Positions 1-9,442 of a stretch of DNA of 64,000 nt are shown here, piece by piece. Position 1 is the stretch's first letter. Each line of letters starts with the position of its first letter. Made by a program: the position numbers and the translations under genes. This DNA comes from a virus (Duplodnaviria; Caudoviricetes). The notes under the pieces were generated by a model that worked only from the letters and a program-made list of their open reading frames with translations, made no database searches and was not told the DNA's origin. The stretch covers positions 1 through 64,000 of IMG/VR virus record IMGVR_UViG_2706795367_000001; one strand, given 5' to 3'.

Positions 1-74
1 GCCACGAAAACATCCCTCCCCTGGAGTGGGGAGAGAGATTTTTTCCCTCCCCACGCAGACTTTTTATTAATAAA

Positions 75-890
75 TTGGGCCAAGGAGCACGGAATTTGGC
101 GGAAATTACATGCGAATTTTGCGGTAATTCATTTCCCCGGAAACCGGGGCGGGGCCGCCCCCCGAAATACTGCAGCGACTCCTGCCGAAACAAGGCCTAC
201 TATCAGCCCGTTAAGCCCGAGTATGTTCAGTGCGGGGCCTGTGGCGACTTCTTTCAGCGCCCCAATGGGTGGAGAAAGTTCTGCACGGGCGACGCCTGCC
301 GCAAGGCGCGCGAGCGCGAGCGCTACCGCAGACGCGACCAGCAGCGCGACTACAGCTACAAGAAACAAGCCAACTGCGACTCCTGTGGCGAGCTCACCTG
401 GGGCAAGCCCGGCGACATCGTCATCTGCCATCCGTGCCGGCGCAAGAACGGCCCACCAGTCATGAGCCTGGAGGACCTCCGCCAACTCCCGCCAGATAAG
501 GGCGACGGACTCGGCTGGAGGCATCAGAGGGCCCTGCGCGCCCTCCGATCCGAGCACGTGGACGGCAGCCCCTGCGACTGGTGTGGGAGGCCGATGTGGC
601 TGGACCCGACTCGCAACTTTGATTACGACCCCGAATCCGGCGTCCGTGGGAATGGCGTCCTCCAGGGCGACCACGAGATCTCTCGCGCCGACTGCCTGAA
701 AGAGGGCATTCCCGTCCCGCTGCCACACCGCCTGCTTCACGCGGCGTGCAACCGTCAGCGTGGCAGCGGCAGGAACGACCACCTCGCTTGGGCGGCCCGC
801 GAAAGCATCGAGGTCGTCACCGCGGATGGTGAGCCCGTCGCCGTGGTCGTCGAGATTGTCGACGGCCGAGTTATCGCCCGCATGGTTTAG
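75..890 (+). CDS. Zn-finger + HNH endonuclease-like protein
   Basis: Several CxxC pairs and GRGRPPK in the N-half; C-half has CDWC...DH...LLHAACN HNH motif, paralogous to 2108-2479. Confidence 0.75.
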   Translation: MGQGARNLAEITCEFCGNSFPRKPGRGRPPKYCSDSCRNKAYYQPVKPEYVQCGACGDFFQRPNGWRKFCTGDACRKARERERYRRRDQQRDYSYKKQANCDSCGELTWGKPGDIVICHPCRRKNGPPVMSLEDLRQLPPDKGDGLGWRHQRALRALRSEHVDGSPCDWCGRPMWLDPTRNFDYDPESGVRGNGVLQGDHEISRADCLKEGIPVPLPHRLLHAACNRQRGSGRNDHLAWAARESIEVVTADGEPVAVVVEIVDGRVIARMV

Positions 891-971
891 CCGTTCGGCT
901 TATTCCATTGTTCCGCGGCCAGCGGAATCACCTAGTTTTCAGAACACGGTCAAATGATAGGGGAACATCTA

Positions 972-1475
972 ATGACCGAAGTATCCATATTTAAGGGCGG
1001 CCGCGCCGTAGACATCGAAATCTACGAAGACCCGCCGATCGCAGAGAGAAGCGTCGAGTGGTGCCCTGTGATGCCGCGCCGCATCCGCATCAATGGCGTG
1101 GAGTGCCTCACCCCATTGAATAGTCCCGTCCGCGTCGAAGGGCTTCTAGACGTCGACGATGAGAGGCGCGCCCAGATGGCCACCGCCACCGTCACGGTGT
1201 TTGTGCGGTCACTTCATGCACAGAGCCTAGTGGACGGACCGTTGCCCGAGTATGTACCCATTGACAGAAAAGTGGGCGCAGCGGACCTGGTGGTCTACGA
1301 TGCCGCCGGCGGTGACTGGATTCCGCTCAGGCCGTTCTTCGTGCGCTTCAACGGTGTGAACTGCCTGATCGCCGACGACATCAAGATTGAGGGCCTTGGC
1401 GGCAAAGAGGGCTGCCTCACCGCCACCATCCCGTTCTTGGTGCGCACGCTCAAGGTGCACGGAGGTCAGGAATGA
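972..1475 (+). CDS. hypothetical protein with internal two-fold repeat
   Basis: ATG at 972 after AGGGGA; the two halves share the R(I/F)NGVxCL...EGL...TAT...VR pattern. Confidence 0.75.
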   Translation: MTEVSIFKGGRAVDIEIYEDPPIAERSVEWCPVMPRRIRINGVECLTPLNSPVRVEGLLDVDDERRAQMATATVTVFVRSLHAQSLVDGPLPEYVPIDRKVGAADLVVYDAAGGDWIPLRPFFVRFNGVNCLIADDIKIEGLGGKEGCLTATIPFLVRTLKVHGGQE

Positions 1476-1759
1476 CTTACGAGAACCTCGATTGCGCCTG
1501 CAGGGCGTGGGGCTCGGTGCTCCCGCCGCCCCCGTGCCCAATCCATAGCGGAGGCTTTGGCGACGTCACCTGGGTCAACAGCTGGGCCTACAGCTCCAGG
1601 CGGCGCGTGCGCAAGCATTTGGGCAAATGGGTGGTGCTGAACCACCCCGCCGGCAACTGCGCATTCCTCACGTGGGATGAGGCCATAAGGTACGCCAGTA
1701 TCCGATACGTCGTGCGGAACGACGGGGTTCTGCTCATCGCCGCCGGGGGCGGCGCGTGA
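1472..1759 (+). CDS. hypothetical protein
   Basis: ATGA/GTGA overlaps with neighbours. Confidence 0.65.
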   Translation: MTYENLDCACRAWGSVLPPPPCPIHSGGFGDVTWVNSWAYSSRRRVRKHLGKWVVLNHPAGNCAFLTWDEAIRYASIRYVVRNDGVLLIAAGGGA

Positions 1760-2130
1760 TCACCCGCTTCCGCAGATGGCTCCGTGGCCCGCTGCCGCCG
1801 CTCGAGGATGTTCTCCTCAAGGCGTGCTGGGAGCGGCTCACGAACGACACCATCGCGACATATGAGTGGCCGGACCTGCACGGCGGCATCCTTGGCGAGG
1901 TCCTCACCATATTCCCTGGCGCGGAGTTGTACTTTGCCCCGCGACTCAGCGTTGACTACACCGCCCCCTGGGCGGTTGAGAACCCCTTCGAAGACACCTC
2001 CTGTTGGACGCTCATGGGGGATGTGATGAAGCGGCGCCTCCAGCCCATGTCGGAATTCCTCAAAGACGTTCTCGAGGATGCCGACCTAACCCTCACCTTC
2101 AGGCGCTATGGCGAGCAAGAAGACCACTGA
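1756..2130 (+). CDS. hypothetical protein
   Basis: GTGA overlap; fills operon. Confidence 0.65.
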   Translation: MITRFRRWLRGPLPPLEDVLLKACWERLTNDTIATYEWPDLHGGILGEVLTIFPGAELYFAPRLSVDYTAPWAVENPFEDTSCWTLMGDVMKRRLQPMSEFLKDVLEDADLTLTFRRYGEQEDH

Positions 2131-2479
2131 AAGAGGCCTCGGCTGGCATCACCAGCAGGCCGCCGACCAACTCAAGAAGAAACACAAAGACGGCTCACCG
2201 TGCGATTGGTGTGGTCGGCCGATGTGGCTGGACCCAGTGATGAACTGGGACTACAACCCGGACCCCGACGCCCCGAAAAGGGGTAACGGGGTACTCCAAG
2301 CCGACCACTCCAAGCAGTCCCGTGCCGAGGCGTTGAGAAAAGGCGAGAAGGTTTTGCCGCCCGATCGCCTTTTGCACGCCGCCTGCAACCAGCAGCGCGG
2401 GGAAGGCCACAACGATCATCTCGCAGCCAACGGAAGAGTCGCAGAAACCCTGGCCATGCCGTGGCCGTGGAAAGTCTGA
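2108..2479 (+). CDS. HNH endonuclease (terminase-associated type)
   Basis: RGLGWHHQ...CDWCGRPM...ADH...RLLHAACN; lies just upstream of terminase. Confidence 0.85.
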   Translation: MASKKTTERGLGWHHQQAADQLKKKHKDGSPCDWCGRPMWLDPVMNWDYNPDPDAPKRGNGVLQADHSKQSRAEALRKGEKVLPPDRLLHAACNQQRGEGHNDHLAANGRVAETLAMPWPWKV

Positions 2480-2603
2480 CGTTCAGCTTTATTGAACGCG
2501 CACCAGCAGTGAACACAGCCATCGAAAGGAAAAAAGAAATGGCAGTTACAGGGCGGGTGCATGTCGCCGCATGGTCCTCAGTACATCACCACGGGAGCGC
2601 CGA

Positions 2604-2837
2604 GTGACCGAGAACTTCCTCGAGGACGGCCTCAACGTCGCGTGGGACCTCGGAATCAAGGACGGCGTGAACGCGTGCATCGCGGGGGCCGAGGCCCTGC
2701 TGGCGGTCGTTGAGAAGAACCTCGCGGCCTGTAACCGGCTCTCGCGGCGAGGTGCAGAATTCCGCGCCCAGGTCGAGATTCTGCGGGGCGTCATCGACGG
2801 ATACAACCAGGTCCTCGAAAACCTGGGTGACAAGTGA
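2604..2837 (+). CDS. hypothetical protein
   Basis: GTG start after GGGAG; GTGA overlap downstream. Confidence 0.6.
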   Translation: MTENFLEDGLNVAWDLGIKDGVNACIAGAEALLAVVEKNLAACNRLSRRGAEFRAQVEILRGVIDGYNQVLENLGDK

Positions 2838-2977
2838 CCGGGAACTTCCTCGACGGCCTCATCGAGGCGCTAAAGACCGATGCAGACCTCCGCGCCTGGG
2901 CGGGGACCATCCTGTGCGCCCGCGCCGCAGAGCTCCCGGACGATCGGCTCGACCTGAAGGAGTGGCTTGGTGAGTGA
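2834..2977 (+). CDS. small hypothetical protein (47 aa)
   Basis: Manual translation VTGNFLDGLIEALKTDADLRAWAG...; 5' end nearly duplicates that of the 2604 gene. Confidence 0.55.
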   Translation: MTGNFLDGLIEALKTDADLRAWAGTILCARAAELPDDRLDLKEWLGE

Positions 2978-3176
2978 CCTCAGTGCCGTCGAGTGCCGCG
3001 CCTGCGGCGAGATCATGGGCTACGTCAATAGCGACCAGGTGGTGCGCACGGAATTCGCATGCCGATGCGGCGAGTACGGCTGCAAATCGCACTATGCACC
3101 GAAGGGTTGGACAAAAGCCACCAGGGTCGCCGCATACCAGCGACTGCTTGAGATTTTTCCGCTCGGCGGGAGGTAA
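2970..3176 (+). CDS. small Cys-rich protein
   Basis: CRAC...CRC; AAGGAG upstream. Confidence 0.6.
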   Translation: MSDLSAVECRACGEIMGYVNSDQVVRTEFACRCGEYGCKSHYAPKGWTKATRVAAYQRLLEIFPLGGR

Positions 3177-3180
3177 ATCA

Positions 3181-3570
3181 ATGGCCCTAACCGAGGGCCT
3201 CGGCGCCCGCGGTGCCGAGGTCTATCAAGCTCTCACTGAAAACCGGAAGATGAACGCCGCCCAGAAGGTGATGGCGTTGAATGCCGCGCGCCTCGCCGAC
3301 ACCCTGGACCGCATCGAATCGGAACTCGCTTTTGCGAGCACCACGGTGATAAACAGCCAGGGCACCGAGACCATCAACCCTCTCATTTCTGAGGCGCGGA
3401 TGCTTACAGGAGCGCTCTGCACAATTCTCGCCAAGATGGGCATTGCCGAATTGCCGGAGCAAAGCTCCGGAGAGAAGTCTGTCTTTGACCAGCTTGCTGC
3501 TAGACGAGCCGAGCGGCTCGCCCCTAATGGGGGTTCAGGAGCCGCGGATATGGCTAAGCCCGGAAGCTAA
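3181..3570 (+). CDS. terS: terminase small subunit
   Basis: GGGAGG RBS; helical protein with INPLISEAR motif, overlapping terL. Confidence 0.8.
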   Translation: MALTEGLGARGAEVYQALTENRKMNAAQKVMALNAARLADTLDRIESELAFASTTVINSQGTETINPLISEARMLTGALCTILAKMGIAELPEQSSGEKSVFDQLAARRAERLAPNGGSGAADMAKPGS

Positions 3571-5059
3571 ATCCTCTGCCGGGCAGGAAGCGATTGACCT
3601 GGCCGCCGCGTGCGGCCTCATTCTCGACCCGTGGCAGGAATTGTGCCTGCACGAAGCTCTCAAAGAGAGCGACGAGCTTGTTCAGCTGGAGTCCGGCGCC
3701 TGGGTGAAGAAGTGGGCGGCCTCCTCCTTCGGCCTGGTGGTGTCCCGCCAGAACGGCAAGGGTTCGATCCTAGAGGCCCTGGAGTTGGCCGGTCTGATCC
3801 TTTTCGGGGAGCGGCTGATCATTCACTCCGCTCACGAGTTCAAGACCGCCGTCAACGGCATGGAGCGCTTGGAATCCCTGATCGCCAAGTCGGGGCTGAA
3901 GTACAAGGCCAAGCAGGCGCACGGCGCGGAGAGTATCGAAATCCTCGACGGGCCCAACCCGGGCGCGAGGGTGATGTTCCAGACCCGTACCGACCGCTCC
4001 GGCCTGGGTTTGACCGCCGACCGCGTCATCTTCGACGAGGCGATGACCATTACCCCCGGTTCGCTGAAGGCGCTTCTGCCGACCGTTTCGTCTCGACCCA
4101 ACCCGCAGATCGTTTACACCGGGACAGCGGCCGACCAGCGCACACAGCCCTACTGCCACACCTTTGGCGGCGTCCGCTACCGCGCGCTGGAGCAGCTCCG
4201 CACCGGCGAGCGTAAGCGCCTCTGCTTCCTCGAATGGTCAGCCCCCGATGACCTACCGGAGGAGAAGTTCGGCGATCCCCAGTACTGGGCGATGGCCAAC
4301 CCCGGCCTGGGTTATCGCCAGTCCGAGGAGAAGATCCTCGACGAGTACGAGGAGATGTGGGCCAACCTCCGCGACTTCGGGGTGGACCGCCTCGGCATCG
4401 GTGACTGGCCGCAGTTCGGCGCCGGAATATCGGAGATCCCGCTCGACAAGTGGCGGCGACTGAACAACCCCGAACCAGATCTCGCCGGCGCTCGCGCCCT
4501 GATCCTTTACCGCACGCCCGAGGGCGGGCCGTGGGCGATCGTGGGCTCCCAGCGCTGCACCGACGGCCGCATCCACGTGGAGGTCGGTTACGCCGGCACG
4601 GACCCCGTGGACCGCGTGGTCGACAAGTTCATCCAGGCCATCACCGCCTGGGGCCCTGAAGAGATCCTGGTGGGCCGCGGCGGCGCGGCTGAGGTGATCC
4701 CTCAGATCGAGGCCGCCGGGTTCACGGTCTACAGCCCGAACCAGTCCGAGGAGGCCCAGGCCTGCGGCGGCTTTCTGAACGACGCACTCGTCGACCCGGA
4801 AAACCCGCTGCTGTCCCACGGCGATCAGCATTCCCTGAACGCTGCCATCACCCGCGCTGTTAAGCGAGACCTCCCCAGCGGCGGTTTCGTCTGGGACTGC
4901 ATTGAACAAAGCACCTACGCCCAGCTCATGGGCGTCACATTGGGCCGCTGGGCGCTGCTGAAGCACGCCGTCAACGCCAAGCCCACACCCGCTATCCATG
5001 ACTGGCCCGATCAACAAGAGATCGACAGCTGGATACAAGAACTCTACGAGGAGGCTTGA
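3527..5059 (+). CDS. terL: terminase large subunit
   Basis: Walker A SRQNGKG, Walker B VIFDEA, motif III YTGT, ANPGLG; start could be TTG 3494. Confidence 0.95.
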   Translation: MGVQEPRIWLSPEAKSSAGQEAIDLAAACGLILDPWQELCLHEALKESDELVQLESGAWVKKWAASSFGLVVSRQNGKGSILEALELAGLILFGERLIIHSAHEFKTAVNGMERLESLIAKSGLKYKAKQAHGAESIEILDGPNPGARVMFQTRTDRSGLGLTADRVIFDEAMTITPGSLKALLPTVSSRPNPQIVYTGTAADQRTQPYCHTFGGVRYRALEQLRTGERKRLCFLEWSAPDDLPEEKFGDPQYWAMANPGLGYRQSEEKILDEYEEMWANLRDFGVDRLGIGDWPQFGAGISEIPLDKWRRLNNPEPDLAGARALILYRTPEGGPWAIVGSQRCTDGRIHVEVGYAGTDPVDRVVDKFIQAITAWGPEEILVGRGGAAEVIPQIEAAGFTVYSPNQSEEAQACGGFLNDALVDPENPLLSHGDQHSLNAAITRAVKRDLPSGGFVWDCIEQSTYAQLMGVTLGRWALLKHAVNAKPTPAIHDWPDQQEIDSWIQELYEEA

Positions 5060-5061
5060 GA

Positions 5062-5256
5062 TTGTCTGAACCTTCTCGGCGGATCGACATTCAGCCCATT
5101 GTCTCCGGCCTTTTGCAATTGTCGGGCCTCGGCATGGTGATCGGCGGGGTGTATCTCCTTTTCCCGGTCGCCGCGCTGATCCTCGCCGGCGTCGCCGTCT
5201 TTGCAATGGGCTGGGCAATTGATCCGCCGAACCGCCAGAAGGGTGTTAAGCAATGA
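5062..5256 (+). CDS. small membrane protein
   Basis: Two hydrophobic segments between terL and portal; GAGGAGG RBS. Confidence 0.7.
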   Translation: MSEPSRRIDIQPIVSGLLQLSGLGMVIGGVYLLFPVAALILAGVAVFAMGWAIDPPNRQKGVKQ

Positions 5257-6488
5257 GCCTCTTCACCCGCATCTTTTCCGACGGGGAGGGGCCCGAGCAG
5301 CGCGCCGTCGCCAAGTTCGGCATTCCGCCTAAGTGGTCCGAGGTATCCGGCAGTCCGGAGGATTACGTCAACGGGCGCGGCGCCCTGAACCTGGCAACCT
5401 TCTTCTCCTGCGTCCGCCTACTTGCCGACTCTGTCTCGATGCTTCCCATAAAAGCGCACCGGGACAAAGACGGCGTACCCACCATCTCCAAGCCTCAGCC
5501 CAAACTTATGCAGGACAGCCCCTACCCCGGCCTTACCTGGTTTGAATGGCTGTGGATGCTGATGCAGTCCCTCGCCGTCACGGGAAACGCCTTCGGGTAC
5601 ATCACCGCCCGCGATGGCCAGGGCCGTCCGACGGCGATCATGCCAATCCATCCAGATTGCGTCCGGATCGAGGAAGCCGACAAGACCGCCCCGTGGCCGG
5701 ACCCCATCTACCGGATCGGCGGGGAAATTGTCGACAGCCAGGATGTTGTGCACATTCGGCGCTATCCCGTCCCCGGGTGCGTGGTGGGCATGTCCCCGAT
5801 CGAGAAGGCCGCCTCCGCCATCGGCCTAAGCATTTCCGCAGAGCGGTATGGAGCCCGATGGTTCCGCGACTCGGCCAACCCGAGTGGCCTGCTGACCAGC
5901 GACATGGACCTGACGCCCGACCAGGTGAAGCAGACGCAGAAATCCTGGATTCAAAGCCACCAGAACCGACGCCTGCCGGCGGTGATGTCCGCGGGCATCA
6001 AGTGGCAGTCCATCTCAATCACCCCGAATGAATCGCAATTCCTCGAAACCCGACAGTTTCAGAAGTCGGAAATCGCGATGTGGTTCGGAATCCCGCCACA
6101 CATGATTGGCGACACGGAAAAGTCGACGTCGTGGGGGAGTGGTATCGAGTCGATGTCGATTGGCTTCGTGACCTACACGCTGATGCCCTGGCTGGTCTGT
6201 ATCGAACAGGCATTTACAACCCTTCTGCCGCGCGGACAGTTCGCAAAATTCAACGCAAACGCACTACTCCGAGGCGACTACAAAACGCGGAATGAAGGTT
6301 ATCAGCTGGCCATCCAAAACGGGCACATGTCGCCTAACGAGGCGCGGGCCCTTGAAGAGCGTCCACCCATTCCGGGCGGCGACATCTACCTACAGCCCAT
6401 GAACTTCGTGCCTCTTGGCTATGTCCCGCCGGAACCGCCGGCATCTAATCCCCCAGCCGACTCCGGCGAGGAAGGAAAATCTAAATGA
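5253..6488 (+). CDS. portal protein (HK97 family)
   Basis: CVRLLADSVSMLP, GNAF, GMSPI, QFLETR, EIAMWFGIPPHMIG, NEARALE motifs. Confidence 0.97.
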   Translation: MSLFTRIFSDGEGPEQRAVAKFGIPPKWSEVSGSPEDYVNGRGALNLATFFSCVRLLADSVSMLPIKAHRDKDGVPTISKPQPKLMQDSPYPGLTWFEWLWMLMQSLAVTGNAFGYITARDGQGRPTAIMPIHPDCVRIEEADKTAPWPDPIYRIGGEIVDSQDVVHIRRYPVPGCVVGMSPIEKAASAIGLSISAERYGARWFRDSANPSGLLTSDMDLTPDQVKQTQKSWIQSHQNRRLPAVMSAGIKWQSISITPNESQFLETRQFQKSEIAMWFGIPPHMIGDTEKSTSWGSGIESMSIGFVTYTLMPWLVCIEQAFTTLLPRGQFAKFNANALLRGDYKTRNEGYQLAIQNGHMSPNEARALEERPPIPGGDIYLQPMNFVPLGYVPPEPPASNPPADSGEEGKSK

Positions 6489-7756
6489 CTCTAACCCGCC
6501 GAGTGCGGCCGGTTGACGTCACGGATCATCCCGAGCACAGGTCGATCCCGATGGACCGCATGGAGGTCCGCGAAGACAGTGACGACAATGTTCTAGTTCT
6601 CGAGGGCTACGCCTCCACCTTTGAACAGTACGAAATGTACGGGGGCCCGCAGAACGGTTACGGCTGGATCGAACAGCTCGACCGCCGCGCCTTCGATAAG
6701 ACCCTGCGCGAAAAGCCTGACCTGCACCTTCTGGTGAATCACGCCGGCACCCCGCTGGCCCGCACCAAGTCGGGCACCCTCGACCTCTCGGTCGACGACA
6801 AGGGCCTGAAGGTCGTGGCCCGCCTCGATAAGCGCGACCCCGATGTCCAGTCTCTCGCGGTCAAAATGGAGCGCGGCGACATGGACGAAATGTCCTTCGC
6901 GTTCCGCGTCAAGGCACAGAAGTGGGAAGCCACCGACGAGTTCCCCGAGGACGACCAGGCGCTGCGCACGATCACCGAGGTGTCCCTGCATAAGGGCGAC
7001 GTTTCCGTCGTGAACTTCGGCGCCAACCCGACCACCAGCGTCGGCCTGCGCTCCCTTCCGGAGGCCCTACGGTTCCTCGCCGAGGCTGACGAAGAGGAAC
7101 TCGCGGAGGTCCGCTCGGACGAGGATCTCGTCAAGCGCGCCATCGAGAAGCTTGGCGGCAAGGGGTCGGTTCACATCGAGCATATCCACGTCGCCGACGG
7201 CAAGGCCGGAGAGGCTCGTGAAGAGCCCGAGGAAAGCGCCGCGGAAGAGCGCGAAGAGTCCGAAGAAGTCCTCGTCGGCATTCGCTTCGAGGGGCGCGAC
7301 CGCTGCTCCGTATTCCATCGAGCGAAGCGCAGCGGTGATGACTGCTATGAGGTTATCGTCAGCAAACTCGATATCTCGCGCGAGGTAGAGACCTACACAG
7401 AAGCCGAGCGATGGTTCCGCGAGACCGACCCCGAGGGCATGCGCAAGGTTGACTTCCTCCAGCGCGAGGCGGATCTCCGCTTCAAGAAGGAGCAGGCCGC
7501 CAAGGCTCTTGCCGACATTGTCGCCGCAGAAGAGTCGAGCGAAGAAGACCTCCGGGCGGCAACCGAGGCCTACACCGCGGCGTGCGTGGCCTTCGACGAG
7601 ATCGGCGCGAAACGTGAGGACGCTGCGGAAGCCGAAGAGTCTGACGACGCCGAAGGCGGCATCAGCCTTCGCGAGGCTCTCGCCGAAATGGGCGTCGACC
7701 CCGAGGCCGACGAACTGACCGTCGCCGAAGTCGAAGCACTCCTCGGCAACGAATAA
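6485..7756 (+). CDS. capsid maturation protease with long acidic C-terminal extension
   Basis: LEGYASTF, LLVNH, MSFAF, DVSVV (HK97 prohead protease); Glu/Ala-rich tail. Confidence 0.92.
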   Translation: MTLTRRVRPVDVTDHPEHRSIPMDRMEVREDSDDNVLVLEGYASTFEQYEMYGGPQNGYGWIEQLDRRAFDKTLREKPDLHLLVNHAGTPLARTKSGTLDLSVDDKGLKVVARLDKRDPDVQSLAVKMERGDMDEMSFAFRVKAQKWEATDEFPEDDQALRTITEVSLHKGDVSVVNFGANPTTSVGLRSLPEALRFLAEADEEELAEVRSDEDLVKRAIEKLGGKGSVHIEHIHVADGKAGEAREEPEESAAEEREESEEVLVGIRFEGRDRCSVFHRAKRSGDDCYEVIVSKLDISREVETYTEAERWFRETDPEGMRKVDFLQREADLRFKKEQAAKALADIVAAEESSEEDLRAATEAYTAACVAFDEIGAKREDAAEAEESDDAEGGISLREALAEMGVDPEADELTVAEVEALLGNE

Positions 7757-7760
7757 ACCT

Positions 7761-7948
7761 ATCCCGATAAACGACCCGGCCCTCCCTCGATAAGAGCGAC
7801 ATCCGGGCGGGCCCGCGGACGTAGCTACGGCAGCCGCGGGTTTTTCGGGATCTCATGCCCCCTGGCACTGGGGGTTTCTTCAAAGTCGCCTATCTGGCGC
7901 AACGCCCTGGCACTGGGCGGATCAATTAGTGCCCAAATTCTTTGGGCA
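7761..7948 (+). promoter_or_regulatory. structured leader upstream of capsid gene
   Basis: Nested stems plus two hairpins with identical TGGCACT loop (7858-7874, 7903-7919) and hairpin 7930-7948. Confidence 0.55.
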
Positions 7949-7973
7949 ATTCCCAGAAAGGATTGCATTCTCC

Positions 7974-9371
7974 GTGGAGAAGCATCTGGAAGAACTGCGC
8001 GCACTGCGCGCCGCGGCGGTTGAGGCAATCGCCACCCTGAAGGCCGAGCGTCAGGCGATCGCCGACGGCGCCAAGGCTGAGAAGCGCGACGCGCTGTCGG
8101 CCGAAGAGACCGCCGAATTCCGTGCCAAGAGCGCGTCGATCAAGGCTGAGCTCGACAAGGTCGAGGATCTCGACGAGCAGATCCGCGAGCTGGAGAGCGA
8201 AATCGAGCGCTCCGGTCGTCTCGACGAGCGGACCCAGAAGGTTGCCAAGGCGACCGCCTCCGTGACCTCGGTCAAGGAGCCCATCACCTATGCCCGCGGC
8301 AACGGTAACTCGTACTTCCGCGACCTCATGCGCGTCAAGACTGACCGCGACGAGGACGGCAGCGCTCGCGAGCGCCTGATGCGCCACGCGGTCGACGCCA
8401 AGGAGCAGCGTGCGGTCCCCAGCGCCGGCGCCATGGACCGCACCGATGGCACCGGTGGCTACTTCGTCCCGCCGGCCTGGCTCATGGATCAGTACATCGA
8501 GCTGGCTCGCTCGGGTCGGACGTACGCCAACCTGACCACTCAGCAGATGCTGCCCCCGGGCACCGACAGCCTGAACATCCCCAAGGTCCTGTCGGGCACC
8601 TCGACCGCCATCCAGACCGCGGACAACGCCGCGATCCAGGATTCGGCGATGACCGACACGACCGTGAACGTCCCCGTCCGGACGATCGCGGGCTTCCAGG
8701 ACATCGCGATCCAGTCGCTGGATCAGTCGCCGCTGAACTTCGATGAGGTCATCTTCCGCGATCTGGTTGCCGACTACGCGACCAAGGTCGACCTGCAGGT
8801 CATCTCGGGCACCGGCTCCTCGGGCCAGGTGACCGGCGTTCGCGCCACCTCGGGCATCGAGACCATCACCGCCACCTCGGGTTCGGACAACGTGTCCCTG
8901 CTGTACGCCAAGTTGGCTGACGCCGCGCAGCGCATCCACACCAAGCGTTTCGCTCCTCCGAGCGTCATCGTGATGCACCCGCGTCGCTGGGCTTACTTCC
9001 TGGCCGCGGTGGACGCTGACAAGCGCCCGCTGGTCGTGCCCTCGGGCCCGAGCCAGAACGCCATCGCCACCTTCGGCGGCGTGGTTGCGGAGCAGGTCGT
9101 CGGCCAGATGCACGGCCTGCCGGTCGTGACCGACCCGAACCTGCCCACCACCCTGGACACCAACCAGGACGTGATCCACGTCCTGCGCGCTTCGGACCTG
9201 TGGCTCTACGAGTCGCCGCTGCGCACCCGGGTTCTGGACGAGATCGGCTCCGAGAGCTTGACCGTCCGCCTGCAGGTTTACGGCTACGTCGCCTTTACCG
9301 CTGCTCGGCATCCGAAGAGCGTCGTGGAAATCAAGGGCACCGCGCTTGCCACCCCGGGCTTTGGCGATTAA
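7974..9371 (+). CDS. major capsid protein (HK97 fold, N-terminal coiled-coil delta domain)
   Basis: GTG after AGAAAGGA; GGYFVPP, VISGTG, VMHPRRW, HGLPVVTD motifs; strong codon bias. Confidence 0.96.
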   Translation: MEKHLEELRALRAAAVEAIATLKAERQAIADGAKAEKRDALSAEETAEFRAKSASIKAELDKVEDLDEQIRELESEIERSGRLDERTQKVAKATASVTSVKEPITYARGNGNSYFRDLMRVKTDRDEDGSARERLMRHAVDAKEQRAVPSAGAMDRTDGTGGYFVPPAWLMDQYIELARSGRTYANLTTQQMLPPGTDSLNIPKVLSGTSTAIQTADNAAIQDSAMTDTTVNVPVRTIAGFQDIAIQSLDQSPLNFDEVIFRDLVADYATKVDLQVISGTGSSGQVTGVRATSGIETITATSGSDNVSLLYAKLADAAQRIHTKRFAPPSVIVMHPRRWAYFLAAVDADKRPLVVPSGPSQNAIATFGGVVAEQVVGQMHGLPVVTDPNLPTTLDTNQDVIHVLRASDLWLYESPLRTRVLDEIGSESLTVRLQVYGYVAFTAARHPKSVVEIKGTALATPGFGD

Positions 9372-9387
9372 TTAGTTCGCTGATAGT

Positions 9388-9421
9388 CGCGCCGGATGCC
9401 ATATAGCGGGCATCCGGCGCG
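9388..9421 (+). terminator. 13-bp hairpin after capsid gene
   Basis: CGCGCCGGATGCC / GGCATCCGGCGCG; no U-tract. Confidence 0.55.
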
Positions 9422-9442
9422 TCCTCGCGCCACAGGAGGACT

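Noticed and set aside
1-74. cos/genome terminus
   Set aside because: Position before HNH/terminase genes suggests the left end, but end structure cannot be established from this window.
7926-9311. Long antisense ORFs (also 16130-17200, 20373-21776, 27938-29059, 29060-30223, 55029-56111)
   Set aside because: Shadow frames of GC-biased genes on the opposite strand; no RBS or recognisable motifs.
7974-9371. Intron in capsid gene as reported for some cluster J phages
   Set aside because: ORF is continuous and of normal length; tail genes are also uninterrupted.
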